The position numbers were made by a program, and so were the translations under genes. 64,000 nt of DNA from the NCBI GenBank assembly GCA_964057225.1, contig OZ059900.1:18786001-18850000 (forward strand), given 5' to 3'. Shown piece after piece: positions 24,700-38,900 of the stretch. A model generated the notes under the pieces. The model saw only the letters and a program-made list of their open reading frames with translations. It was not told the origin of the DNA and made no database searches. Position 1 is the stretch's first letter, and each line of letters begins with the position of its first letter. The stretch comes from Auanema rhodensis (taxonomy: Eukaryota; Animalia; Nematoda).

Positions 24700-27600
24700 A
24701 TTATGCTGGAAAACGAGTTTTTGGAAATTTCGCTGTAAACAAGGTTTTGACTTACGATTTCATGTGTTCAAACTCATGCAATGTCAATGAAACCTAGCTC
24801 AAAATTGTTCGTACAACGTCTAGTTCCACTTTCACGACAAAAAAACAGGGGTTAGAAAATTAAGGAAATTAGCATATTCTGAGGGCACGCCCCTTATGGC
24901 TAATATTGATTAAATCGATTTTTGTTCATATGAGTCGTCAAATGCAACGAATTTCAGCGTGTTACATACTAAAATGAAGCATTTCACATGCTGAACACTA
25001 GAAAAATACAAAAACACAGTATTTCCCATGAGAAATATTTTATTATGCTGGAAAACCAGTTTTTGGAAATTTCGCTGTAAACAAGGTTTTGACTTACGAT
25101 TTCATGTGTTCAAACTCATGCAATGTCAATGAAACCTAGCTCAAAATTGTTCGTACAACGTCTAGTTCCACTTTCACGACAAAAAAACAGGGGTTAGAAA
25201 ATTGAGGAAATTAGCATATTCTGAGGGCACGCCCCTTATGGCTAATATTGATTAAATCGATTTTTGTTCATATGAGTCGTCAAATGCAATTAATTTCAGC
25301 GTGTCACATACTAATATGAAGCATTTTACATGCTGAACACTAAAAAAATACAAAAACACAGTATTCCCCATGAGAAATATTTTATTATGCTGGAAAACGA
25401 GTTTTTGGAAATTTCGCTGTAAACAAGGTTTTGACTTACGATTTCATGTGTTCAAACTCATGCAATGTCAATGAAACCTAGCTCAAAATTGTTCCTACAA
25501 CGTCTAGTTCCACTTTCACGACAAAAAAACAGGGGTTAGAAAATTAAGGAAATTAGCAGATTCTGAGGGCACGCCCTTTATGGCTTATATTGATTAAATC
25601 GATTTTTGTTCATATGAGTCGTCAAATGCAACGAATTTCAGCGTGTTACATACTAAAATGAAACATTTTACATGCTGAACACTATAAAAATACAAAAACA
25701 CAGTATTTCCCATGAGAAATATTTTATTATGCTGGAAAACCAGTTTTTGGAAATTTCGCTGTAAACAAGGTTTTGACTTACGATTTCATGTGTTCAAACT
25801 CATGCAATGTCAATGAAACCTAGCTCAAAATTGTTCGTACAACGTCTAGTTCCACTTTCACGACAAAAAAACAGGGGTTAGAAAATTAAGGAAATTAGCA
25901 TATTCTGAGGGCACGCCCCTTATGGCTAATATTGATTAAATCGATTTTTGTTCATATGAGTCGTCAAATGCAACGAATTTCAGCGTGTTACATACTAAAA
26001 TGAAGCATTTCACATGCTGAACACTAGAAAAATACAAAAACACAGTATTTCCCATGAGAAATATTTTATTATGCTGGAAAACGAGTTTTTGGAAATTTCG
26101 CTGTAAACAAGGTTTTGACTTACGATTTCATGTGTTCAAACTCATGCAATGTCAATGAAATCTAGCTCAAAATTGTTCCTACAACGTCTAGTTCCACTTT
26201 CACGACAAAAAAACAGGGGTTAGAAAATTGAGGAAATTAGCAGATTCTGAGGGCACGCCCTTTATGGCTTATATTGATTAAATCGATTTTTGTTCATATG
26301 AGTCGTCAAATGCAACGAATTTCAGCGTGTTACATACTAAAATGAAACATTTTACATGCTGAACACTATAAAAATACAAAAACACAGTATTTCCCATGAG
26401 AAATATTCTATTATGCTGGAAAACCAGTTTTTGGAAATTTCGCTGTAAACAAGGTTTTGACTTACGATTTCATGTGTTCAAACTCATGCAATGTCAATGA
26501 AACCTAGCTCAAAATTGTTCCTACAACGTCTAGTTCCACTTTCACGACAAAAAAACAGGGGTTAGAAAATTAAGGAAATTAGCATATTCTGAGGGCACGC
26601 CCCTTATGGCTAATATTGATTAAATCGATTTTTGTTCATATGAGTCGTCAAATGCAACGAATTTCAGCGTGTTACATACTAAAATGAAGCATTTCACATG
26701 CTGAACACTAGAAAAATACAAAAACACAGTATTTCTCATGAGAAATATTTTATTATGCTGGAAAACGAGTTTTTGGAAATTTCGCTGTAAACAAGGTTTT
26801 GACTTACGATTTCATGTGTTCAAACTCATGCAATGTCAATGAAATCTAGCTCAAAATTGTTCCTACAACGTCTAGTTCCACTTTCACGACAAAAAAACAG
26901 GGGTTAGAAAATTAAGGAAATTAGCAGATTCTGAGGGCACGCCCTTTATGGCTTATATTGATTAAATCGATTTTTGTTCATATGAGTCGTCAAATGCAAC
27001 GAATTTCAGCGTGTTACATACTAAAATGAAACATTTTACATGCTGAACACTATAAAAATACAAAAACACAGTATTTCCCATGAGAAATATTTTATTATGC
27101 TGGAAAACGAGTTTTTGGAAATTTCGCTGTAAACAAGGTTTTGACTTACGATTTCATGTGTTCAAACTCATGCAATGTCAATGAAACCTAGCTCAAAATT
27201 GTTCGTACAACGTCTAGTTCCACTTTCACGACAAAAAAACAGGGGTTAGAAAATTAAGGAAATTAGCATATTCTGAGGGCACGCCCCTTATGGCTAATAT
27301 TGATTAAATCGATTTTTGTTCATATGAGTCGTCAAATGCAACGAATTTCAGCGTGTTACATACTAAAATGAAGCATTTCACATGCTGAACACTAGAAAAA
27401 TACAAAAACACAGTATTTCCCATGAGAAATATTTTATTATGCTGGAAAACCAGTTTTTGGAAATTTCGCTGTAAACAAGGTTTTGACTTACGATTTCATG
27501 TGTTCAAACTCATGCAATGTCAATGAAACCTAGCTCAAAATTGTTCGTACAACGTCTAGTTCCACTTTCACGACAAAAAAACAGGGGTTAGAAAATTGAG

Positions 27601-29500
27601 GAAATTAGCATATTCTGAGGGCACGCCCCTTATGGCTAATATTGATTAAATCGATTTTTGTTCATATGAGTCGTCAAATGCAATTAATTTCAGCGTGTCA
27701 CATACTAATATGAAGCATTTTACATGCTGAACACTAAAAAAATACAAAAACACAGTATTCCCCATGAGAAATATTTTATTATGCTGGAAAACGAGTTTTT
27801 GGAAATTTCGCTGTAAACAAGGTTTTGACTTACGATTTCATGTGTTCAAACTCATGCAATGTCAATGAAACCTAGCTCAAAATTGTTCCTACAACGTCTA
27901 GTTCCACTTTCACGACAAAAAAACAGGGGTTAGAAAATTAAGGAAATTAGCAGATTCTGAGGGCACGCCCTTTATGGCTTATATTGATTAAATCGATTTT
28001 TGTTCATATGAGTCGTCAAATGCAACGAATTTCAGCGTGTTACATACTAAAATGAAACATTTTACATGCTGAACACTATAAAAATACAAAAACACAGTAT
28101 TTCCCATGAGAAATATTTTATTATGCTGGAAAACCAGTTTTTGGAAATTTCGCTGTAAACAAGGTTTTGACTTACGATTTCATGTGTTCAAACTCATGCA
28201 ATGTCAATGAAACCTAGCTCAAAATTGTTCGTACAACGTCTAGTTCCACTTTCACGACAAAAAAACAGGGGTTAGAAAATTAAGGAAATTAGCATATTCT
28301 GAGGGCACGCCCCTTATGGCTAATATTGATTAAATCGATTTTTGTTCATATGAGTCGTCAAATGCAACGAATTTCAGCGTGTTACATACTAAAATGAAGC
28401 ATTTCACATGCTGAACACTAGAAAAATACAAAAACACAGTATTTCCCATGAGAAATATTTTATTATGCTGGAAAACGAGTTTTTGGAAATTTCGCTGTAA
28501 ACAAGGTTTTGACTTACGATTTCATGTGTTCAAACTCATGCAATGTCAATGAAATCTAGCTCAAAATTGTTCCTACAACGTCTAGTTCCACTTTCACGAC
28601 AAAAAAACAGGGGTTAGAAAATTGAGGAAATTAGCAGATTCTGAGGGCACGCCCTTTATGGCTTATATTGATTAAATCGATTTTTGTTCATATGAGTCGT
28701 CAAATGCAACGAATTTCAGCGTGTTACATACTAAAATGAAACATTTTACATGCTGAACACTATAAAAATACAAAAACACAGTATTTCCCATGAGAAATAT
28801 TCTATTATGCTGGAAAACCAGTTTTTGGAAATTTCGCTGTAAACAAGGTTTTGACTTACGATTTCATGTGTTCAAACTCATGCAATGTCAATGAAACCTA
28901 GCTCAAAATTGTTCCTACAACGTCTAGTTCCACTTTCACGACAAAAAAACAGGGGTTAGAAAATTAAGGAAATTAGCATATTCTGAGGGCACGCCCCTTA
29001 TGGCTAATATTGATTAAATCGATTTTTGTTCATATGAGTCGTCAAATGCAACGAATTTCAGCGTGTTACATACTAAAATGAAGCATTTCACATGCTGAAC
29101 ACTAGAAAAATACAAAAACACAGTATTTCTCATGAGAAATATTTTATTATGCTGGAAAACGAGTTTTTGGAAATTTCGCTGTAAACAAGGTTTTGACTTA
29201 CGATTTCATGTGTTCAAACTCATGCAATGTCAATGAAATCTAGCTCAAAATTGTTCCTACAACGTCTAGTTCCACTTTCACGACAAAAAAACAGGGGTTA
29301 GAAAATTAAGGAAATTAGCAGATTCTGAGGGCACGCCCTTTATGGCTTATATTGATTAAATCGATTTTTGTTCATATGAGTCGTCAAATGCAACGAATTT
29401 CAGCGTGTTACATACTAAAATGAAACATTTTACATGCTGAACACTATAAAAATACAAAAACACAGTATTTCCCATGAGAAATATTTTATTATGCTGGAAA
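24700..29500 (+). repeat. 7-monomer higher-order repeat (2394 bp), 2 copies
   Basis: Private variants offset by 2394: CTAATATGAA (~25311/27705), GTATTCCCCA (25361/27755), AAATATTCTA (26401/28795), TTTCTCATG (26732/29126). Confidence 0.88.
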
Positions 29501-32500
29501 ACGAGTTTTTGGAAATTTCGCTGTAAACAAGGTTTTGACTTACGATTTCATGTGTTCAAACTCATGCAATGTCAATGAAATCTAGCTCAAAATTGTTCCT
29601 ACAACGTCTAGTTCCACTTTCACGACAAAAAAACAGGGGTTAGAAAATTGAGGAAATTAGCAGATTCTGAGGGCACGCCCTTTATGGCTTATATTGATTA
29701 AATCGATTTTTGTTCATATGAGTCGTCAAATGCAACGAATTTCAGCGTGTTACATACTAAAATGAAACATTTTACATGCTGAACACTATAAAAATACAAA
29801 AACACAGTATTTCCCATGAGAAATATTTTATTATGCTGGAAAACCAGTTTTTGGAAATTTCGCTGTAAACAAGGTTTTGACTTACGATTTCATGTGTTCA
29901 AACTCATGCAATGTCAATGAAACCTAGCTCAAAATTGTTCCTACAACGTCTAGTTCCACTTTCACGACAAAAAAACAGGGGTTAGAAAATTAAGGAAATT
30001 AGCATATTCTGAGGGCACGCCCCTTATGGCTAATATTGATTAAATCGATTTTTGTTCATATGAGTCGTCAAATGCAACGAATTTCAGCGTGTTACATACT
30101 AAAATGAAGCATTTCACATGCTGAACACTAGAAAAATACAAAAACACAGTATTTCTCATGAGAAATATTTTATTATGCTGGAAAACGAGTTTTTGGAAAT
30201 TTCGCTGTAAACAAGGTTTTGACTTACGATTTCATGTGTTCAAACTCATGCAATGTCAATGAAATCTAGCTCAAAATTGTTCCTACAACGTCTAGTTCCA
30301 CTTTCACGACAAAAAAACAGGGGTTAGAAAATTAAGGAAATTAGCAGATTCTGAGGGCACGCCCTTTATGGCTTATATTGATTAAATCGATTTTTGTTCA
30401 TATGAGTCGTCAAATGCAACGAATTTCAGCGTGTTACATACTAAAATGAAACATTTTACATGCTGAACACTATAAAAATACAAAAACACAGTATTTCCCA
30501 TGAGAAATATTTTATTATGCTGGAAAACCAGTTTTTGGAAATTTCGCTGTAAACAAGGTTTTGACTTACGATTTCATGTGTTCAAACTCATGCAATGTCC
30601 ATGAAACCTAGCTCAAAATTGTTCGTACAACGTCTAGTTCCACTTTCACGACAAAAAAACAGGGGTTAGAAAATTAAGGAAATTAGCATATTCTGAGGGC
30701 ACGCCCCTTATGGCTAATATTGATTAAATCGATTTTTGTTCATATGAGTCGTCAAATGCAACGAATTTCAGCGTGTTACATACTAAAATGAAGCATTTTA
30801 CATGCTGAACACTAAAAAAATACAAAAACACAGTATTTCCCATGAGAAATATTTTATTATGCTGGAAAACGAGTTTTTGGAAATTTCGCTGTAAACAAGG
30901 TTTTGACTTACGATTTCATGTGTTCAAACTCATGCAATGTCAATGAAATCTAGCTCAAAATTGTTCCTACAACGTCTAGTTCCACTTTCACGACAAAAAA
31001 ACAGGGGTTAGAAAATTAAGGAAATTAGCAGATTCTGAGGGCACGCCCTTTATGGCTTATATTGATTAAATCGATTTTTGTTCATATGAGTCGTCAAATG
31101 CAACGAATTTCAGCGTGTTACATACTAAAATGAAACATTTTACATGCTGAACACTATAAAAATACAAAAACACAGTATTTCCCATGAGAAATATTTTATT
31201 ATGCTGGAAAACCAGTTTTTGGAAATTTCGCTGTAAACAAGGTTTTGACTTACGATTTCATGTGTTCAAACTCATGCAATGTCAATGAAACCTAGCTCAA
31301 AATTGTTCCTACAACGTCTAGTTCCACTTTCACGACAACAAAACAGGGGTTAGAAAATTAAGGAAATTAGCATATTCTGAGGGCACGCCCCTTATGGCTA
31401 ATATTGATTAAATCGATTTTTGTTCATATGAGTCGTCAAATGCAACGAATTTCAGCGTGTTACATACTAAAATGAAGCATTTCACATGCTGAACACTAGA
31501 AAAATACAAAAACACAGTATTTCCCATGAGAAATATTTTATTATGCTGGAAAACCAGTTTTTGGAAATTTCGCTGTAAACAAGGTTTTGACTTACGATTT
31601 CATGTGTTCAAACTCATGCAATGTCAATGAAACCTAGCTCAAAATTGTTCGTACAACGTCTAGTTCCACTTTCACGACAAAAAAACAGGGGTTAGAAAAT
31701 TAAGGAAATTAGCATATTCTGAGGGCACGCCCCTTATGGCTAATATTGATTAAATCGATTTTTGTTCATATGAGTCGTCAAATGCAACGAATTTCAGCGT
31801 GTTACATACTAAAATGAAGCATTTTACATGCTGAACACTAGAAAAATACAAAAACACAGTATTTCTCATGAGAAATATTTTATTATGCTGGAAAACCAGT
31901 TTTTGGAAATTTCGCTGTAAACAAGGTTTTGACTTACGATTTCATGTGTTCAAACTCATGCAATGTCAATAAAACCTAGCTCAAAATTGTTCGTACAACG
32001 TCTAGTTCCACTTTCACGACAAAAAAACAGGGGTTAGAAAATTAAGGAAATTAGCATATTCTGAGGGCACGCCCCTTATGGCTAATATTGATTAAATCGA
32101 TTTTTGTTCATATGAGTCGTCAAATGCAACGAATTTCAGCGTGTTACATACTAAAATGAAGCATTTTACATGCTGAACACTATAAAAATACAAAAACACA
32201 GTATTTCCCATGAGAAATATTTTATTATGCTGGAAAACCAGTTTTTGGAAATTTCGCTGTAAACAAGGTTTTGACTTACGATTTCATGTGTTCAAACTCA
32301 TGCAATGTCAATGAAACCTAGCTCAAAATTGTTCGTACAACGTCTAGTTCCACTTTCACGACAAAAAAACAGGGGTTAGAAAATTAAGGAAATTAGCATA
32401 TTCTGAGGGCACGCCCCTTATGGCTAATATTGATTAAATCGATTTTTGTTCATATGAGTCGTCAAATGCAACGAATTTCAGCGTGTTACATACTAAAATG

Positions 32501-32841
32501 AAGCATTTCACATGCTGAACACTAGAAAAATACAAAAACACAGTATTTCCCATGAGAAATATTTTATTATGCTGGAAAACCAGTTTTTGGAAATTTCGCT
32601 GTAAACAAGGTTTTGACTTACGATTTCATGTGTTCAAACTCATGCAATGTCAATGAAACCTAGCTCAAAATTGTTCGTACAACGTCTAGTTCCACTTTCA
32701 CGACAAAAAAACAGGGGTTAGAAAATTAAGGAAATTAGCATATTCTGAGGGCACGCCCCTTATGGCTAATATTGATTAAATCGATTTTTGTTCATATGAG
32801 TCGTCAAATGCAACGAATTTCAGCGTGTTACATACTAAAAT

Positions 32842-32851
32842 GAAATTTCCA
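32842..32851. other. Central inversion junction (+ to -)
   Basis: ...CATACTAAAATGAA-A-TTTCCAGCATAATAA..., where a forward monomer is joined to a reverse-complement monomer. Confidence 0.95.
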
Positions 32852-32999
32852 GCATAATAAAATATTTCTCATGGGAAATACTGTGTTTTTGTATTTTTCT
32901 AGTGTTCAGCATGTGAAATGCTTCATTTTAGTATGTAACACGCTGAAATTCGTTGCATTTGACGACTCATATGAACAAAAATCGATTTAATCAATATTA

Positions 33000-35900
33000 G
33001 CCATAAGGGGCGTGCCCTCAGAATATGCTAATTTCCTTAATTTTCTAACCCCTGTTTTGTTGTCGTGAAAGTGGAACTAGACGTTGTAGGAACAATTTTG
33101 AGCTAGGTTTCATTGACATTGCATGAGTTTGAACACATGAAATCGTAAGTCAAAACCTTGTTTACAGCGAAATTTCCAAAAACTGGTTTTCCAGCATAAT
33201 AAAATATTTCTCATGGGAAATACTGTGTTTTTGTATTTTTCTAGTGTTCAGCATGTAAAATGCTTCATTTTAGTATGTAACACGCTGAAATTCGTTGCAT
33301 TTGACGACTCATATGAACAAAAATCGATTTAATCAATATTAGCCATAAGGGGCGTGCCCTCAGAATATGCTAATTTCCTTAATTTTCTAACCCCTGTTTT
33401 TTTGTCGTGAAAGTGGAACTAGACGTTGTACGAACAATTTTGAGCTAGGTTTTATTGACATTGCATGAGTTTGAACACATGAAATCGTAAGTCAAAACCT
33501 TGTTTACAGCGAAATTTCCAAAAACTGGTTTTCCAGCATAATAAAATATTTCTCATGAGAAATACTGTGTTTTTGTATTTTTCTAGTGTTCAGCATGTAA
33601 AATGCTTCATTTTAGTATGTAACACGCTGAAATTCGTTGCATTTGACGACTCATATGAACAAAAATCGATTTAATCAATATTAGCCATAAGGGGCGTGCC
33701 CTCAGAATATGCTAATTTCCTTAATTTTCTAACCCCTGTTTTTTGTCGTGAAAGTGGAACTAGACGTTGTACGAACAATTTTGAGCTAGGTTTTATTGAC
33801 ATTGCATGAGTTTGAACACATGAAATCGTAAGTCAAAACCTTGTTTACAGCGAAATTTCCAAAAACTGGTTTTCCAGCATAATAAAATATTTCTCATGAG
33901 AAATACTGTGTTTTTGTATTTTTCTAGTGTTCAGCATGTAAAATGCTTCATTTTAGTATGTAACACGCTGAAATTCGTTGCATTTGACGACTCATATGAA
34001 CAAAAATCGATTTAATCAATATTAGCCATAAGGGGCGTGCCCTCAGAATATGCTAATTTCCTTAATTTTCTAACCCCTGTTTTTTGTCGTGAAAGTGGAA
34101 CTAGACGTTGTAGGAACAATTTTGAGCTAGGTTTCATTGACATTGCATGAGTTTGAACACATGAAATCGTAAGTCAAAACCTTGTTTACAGCGAAATTTC
34201 CAAAAACTGGTTTTCCAGCATAATAAAATATTTCTCATGGGAAATACTGTGTTTTTGTATTTTTATAGTGTTCAGCATGTAAAATGCTTCATTTTAGTAT
34301 GTAACACGCTGAAATTCGTTGCATTTGACGACTCATATGAACAAAAATCGATTTAATCAATATTAGCCATAAGGGGCGTGCCCTCAGAATATGCTAATTT
34401 CCTTAATTTTCTAACCCCTGTTTTTTTGTCGTGAAAGTGGAACTAGACGTTGTACGAACAATTTTGAGCTAGGTTTTATTGACATTGCATGAGTTTGAAC
34501 ACATGAAATCGTAAGTCAAAACCTTGTTTACAGCGAAATTTCCAAAAACTGGTTTTCCAGCATAATAAAATATTTCTCATGAGAAATACTGTGTTTTTGT
34601 ATTTTTCTAGTGTTCAGCATGTAAAATGCTTCATTTTAGTATGTAACACGCTGAAATTCGTTGCATTTGACGACTCATATGAACAAAAATCGATTTAATC
34701 AATATTAGCCATAAGGGGCGTGCCCTCAGAATATGCTAATTTCCTTAATTTTCTAACCCCTGTTTTTTGTCGTGAAAGTGGAACTAGACGTTGTACGAAC
34801 AATTTTGAGCTAGGTTTTATTGACATTGCATGAGTTTGAACACATGAAATCGTAAGTCAAAACCTTGTTTACAGCGAAATTTCCAAAAACTGGTTTTCCA
34901 GCATAATAAAATATTTCTCATGGGAAATACTGTGTTTTTGTATTTTTATAGTGTTCAGCATGTAAAATGTTTCATTTTAGTATGTAACACGCTGAAATTC
35001 GTTGCATTTGACGACTCATATGAACAAAAATCGATTTAATCAATATTAGCCATAAAGGGCGTGCCCTCAGAATATGCTAATTTCCTTAATTTTCTAACCC
35101 CTGTTTTTTTGTCGTGAAAGTGGAACTAGACGTTGTAGGAACAATTTTGAGCTAGGTTTCATTGACATTGCATGAGTTTGAACACATGAAATCGTAAGTC
35201 AAAACCTTGTTTACAGCGAAATTTCCAAAAACTCGTTTTCCAGCATAATAAAATATTTCTCATGGGAAATACTGTGTTTTTATATTTTTTTAGTGTTCAG
35301 CATGTGAAATGCTTCATTTTAGTATGTAACACGCTGAAATTAATTGCATTTGACGACTCATATGAACAAAAATCGATTTAATCAATATTAGCCATAAGGG
35401 GCGTGCCCTCAGAATATGCTAATTTCCTTAATTTTCTAACCCCTGTTTTTTTGTCGTGAAAGTGGAACTAGACGTTGTACGAACAATTTTGAGCTAGGTT
35501 TCATTGACATTGCATGAGTTTGAACACATGAAATCGTAAGTCAAAACCTTGTTTACAGCGAAATTTCCAAAAACTGGTTTTCCAGCATAATAAAATATTT
35601 CTCATGGGAAATACTGTGTTTTTGTATTTTTCTAGTGTTCAGCATGTGAAATGCTTCATTTTAGTATGTAACACGCTGAAATTCGTTGCATTTGACGACT
35701 CATATGAACAAAAATCGATTTAATCAATATTAGCCATAAGGGGCGTGCCCTCAGAATATGCTAATTTCCTTAATTTTCTAACCCCTGTTTTTTTGTCGTG
35801 AAAGTGGAACTAGACGTTGTACGAACAATTTTGAGCTAGGTTTTATTGACATTGCATGAGTTTGAACACATGAAATCGTAAGTCAAAACCTTGTTTACAG

Positions 35901-38900
35901 CGAAATTTCCAAAAACTGGTTTTCCAGCATAATAAAATATTTCTCATGGGAAATACTGTGTTTTTGTATTTTTCTAGTGTTCAGCATGTGAAATGCTTCA
36001 TTTTAGTATGTAACACGCTGAAATTCGTTGCATTTGACGACTCATATGAACAAAAATCGATTTAATCAATATTAGCCATAAGGGGCGTGCCCTCAGAATA
36101 TGCTAATTTCCTTAATTTTCTAACCCCTGTTTTTTTGTCGTGAAAGTGGAACTAGACGTTGTAGGAACAATTTTGAGCTAGGTTTCATTGACATTGCATG
36201 AGTTTGAACACATGAAATCGTAAGTCAAAACCTTGTTTACAGCGAAATTTCCAAAAACTCGTTTTCCAGCATAATAAAATATTTCTCATGGGAAATACTG
36301 TGTTTTTGTAGTTTTTTAGTGTTCAGCATGTAAAATGCTTCATTTTAGTATGTAACACGCTGAAATTAATTGCATTTGACGACTCATATGAACAAAAATC
36401 GATTTAATCAATATTAGCCATAAGGGGCGTGCCCTCAGAATATGCTAATTTCCTTAATTTTCTAACCCCTGTTTTTTTGTCGTGAAAGTGGAACTAGACG
36501 TTGTACGAACAATTTTGAGCTAAGTTTCATTGACATTGCATGAGTTTGAACACATGAAATCGTAAGTCAAAACCTTGTTTACAGCGAAATTTCCAAAAAC
36601 TGGTTTTCCAGCATAATAAAATATTTCTCATGGGAAATACTGTGTTTTTGTATTTTTCTAGTGTTCAGCATGTGAAATGCTTCATTTTAGTATGTAACAC
36701 GCTGAAATTCGTTGCATTTGACGACTCATATGAACAAAAATCGATTTAATCAATATTAGCCATAAGGGGCGTGCCCTCAGAATATGCTAATTTCCTTAAT
36801 TTTCTAACCCCTGTTTTTTTGTCGTGAAAGTGGAACTAGACGTTGTACGAACAATTTTGAGCTAGGTTTCATTGACATTGCATGAGTTTGAACACATGAA
36901 ATCGTAAGTCAAAACCTTGTTTACAGCGAAATTTCCAAAAACTGGTTTTCCAGCATAATAAAATATTTCTCATGGGAAATACTGTGTTTTTGTATTTTTA
37001 TAGTGTTCAGCATGTAAAATGTTTCATTTTAGTATGTAACACGCTGAAATTCGTTGCATTTGACGACTCATATGAACAAAAATCGATTTAATCAATATTA
37101 GCCATAAAGGGCGTGCCCTCAGAATATGCTAATTTCCTTAATTTTCTAACCCCTGTTTTTTTGTCGTGAAAGTGGAACTAGACGTTGTAGGAACAATTTT
37201 GAGCTAGGTTTCATTGACATTGCATGAGTTTGAACACATGAAATCGTAAGTCAAAACCTTGTTTACAGCGAAATTTCCAAAAACTCGTTTTCCAGCATAA
37301 TAAAATATTTCTCATGGGAAATACTGTGTTTTTGTAGTTTTTTAGTGTTCAGCATGTAAAATGCTTCATTTTAGTATGTAACACGCTGAAATTAATTGCA
37401 TTTGACGACTCATATGAACAAAAATCGATTTAATCAATATTAGCCATAAGGGGCGTGCCCTCAGAATATGCTAATTTCCTTAATTTTCTAACCCCTGTTT
37501 TTTTGTCGTGAAAGTGGAACTAGACGTTGTACGAACAATTTTGAGCTAGGTTTCATTGACATTGCATGAGTTTGAACACATGAAATCGTAAGTCAAAACC
37601 TTGTTTACAGCGAAATTTCCAAAAACTGGTTTTCCAGCATAATAAAATATTTCTCATGGGAAATACTGTGTTTTTGTATTTTTCTAGTGTTCAGCATGTG
37701 AAATGCTTCATTTTAGTATGTAACACGCTGAAATTCGTTGCATTTGACGACTCATATGAACAAAAATCGATTTAATCAATATTAGCCATAAGGGGCGTGC
37801 CCTCAGAATATGCTAATTTCCTTAATTTTCTAACCCCTGTTTTTTTGTCGTGAAAGTGGAACTAGACGTTGTACGAACAATTTTGAGCTAGGTTTTATTG
37901 ACATTGCATGAGTTTGAACACATGAAATCGTAAGTCAAAACCTTGTTTACAGCGAAATTTCCAAAAACTGGTTTTCCAGCATAATAAAATATTTCTCATG
38001 GGAAATACTGTGTTTTTGTATTTTTCTAGTGTTCAGCATGTGAAATGCTTCATTTTGGTATGTAACACGCTGAAATTCGTTGCATTTGACGACTCATATG
38101 AACAAAAATCGATTTAATCAATATTAGCCATAAGGGGCGTGCCCTCAGAATATGCTAATTTCCTTAATTTTCTAACCCCTGTTTTGTTGTCGTGAAAGTG
38201 GAACTAGACGTTGTAGGAACAATTTTGAGCTAGGTTTCATTGACATTGCATGAGTTTGAACACATGAAATCGTAAGTCAAAACCTTGTTTACAGCGAAAT
38301 TTCCAAAAACTGGTTTTCCAGCATAATAAAATATTTCTCATGGGAAATACTGTGTTTTTGTATTTTTCTAGTGTTCAGCATGTGAAATGCTTCAATTTAG
38401 TATGTAACACGCTGAAATTCGTTGCATTTGACGACTCATATGAACAAAAATCGATTTAATCAATATTAGCCATAAGGGGCGTGCCCTCAGAATATGCTAA
38501 TTTCCTTAATTTTCTAACCCCTGTTTTGTTGTCGTGAAAGTGGAACTAGACGTTGTAGGAACAATTTTGAGCTAGGTTTCATTGACATTGCATGAGTTTG
38601 AACACATGAAATCGTAAGTCAAAACCTTGTTTACAGCGAAATTTCCAAAAACTCGTTTTCCAGCATAATAAAATATTTCTCATGGGAAATACTGTGTTTT
38701 TGTATTTTTTTAGTGTTCAGCATGTAAAATGCTTCATTTTAGTATGTAACACGCTGAAATTAATTGCATTTGACGACTCATATGAACAAAAATCGATTTA
38801 ATCAATATTAGCCATAAGGGGCGTGCCCTCAGAATATGCTAATTTCCTTAATTTTCTAACCCCTGTTTTTTGTCGTGAAAGTGGAACTAGACGTTGTAGG

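Larger units (their letters stand above)
6535..32845 (+). repeat. Satellite block 3, forward orientation (about 77 monomers)
   Basis: Uninterrupted head-to-tail monomers. Register arithmetic gives 77x342+1, matching one extra A near 11850. Confidence 0.95.
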
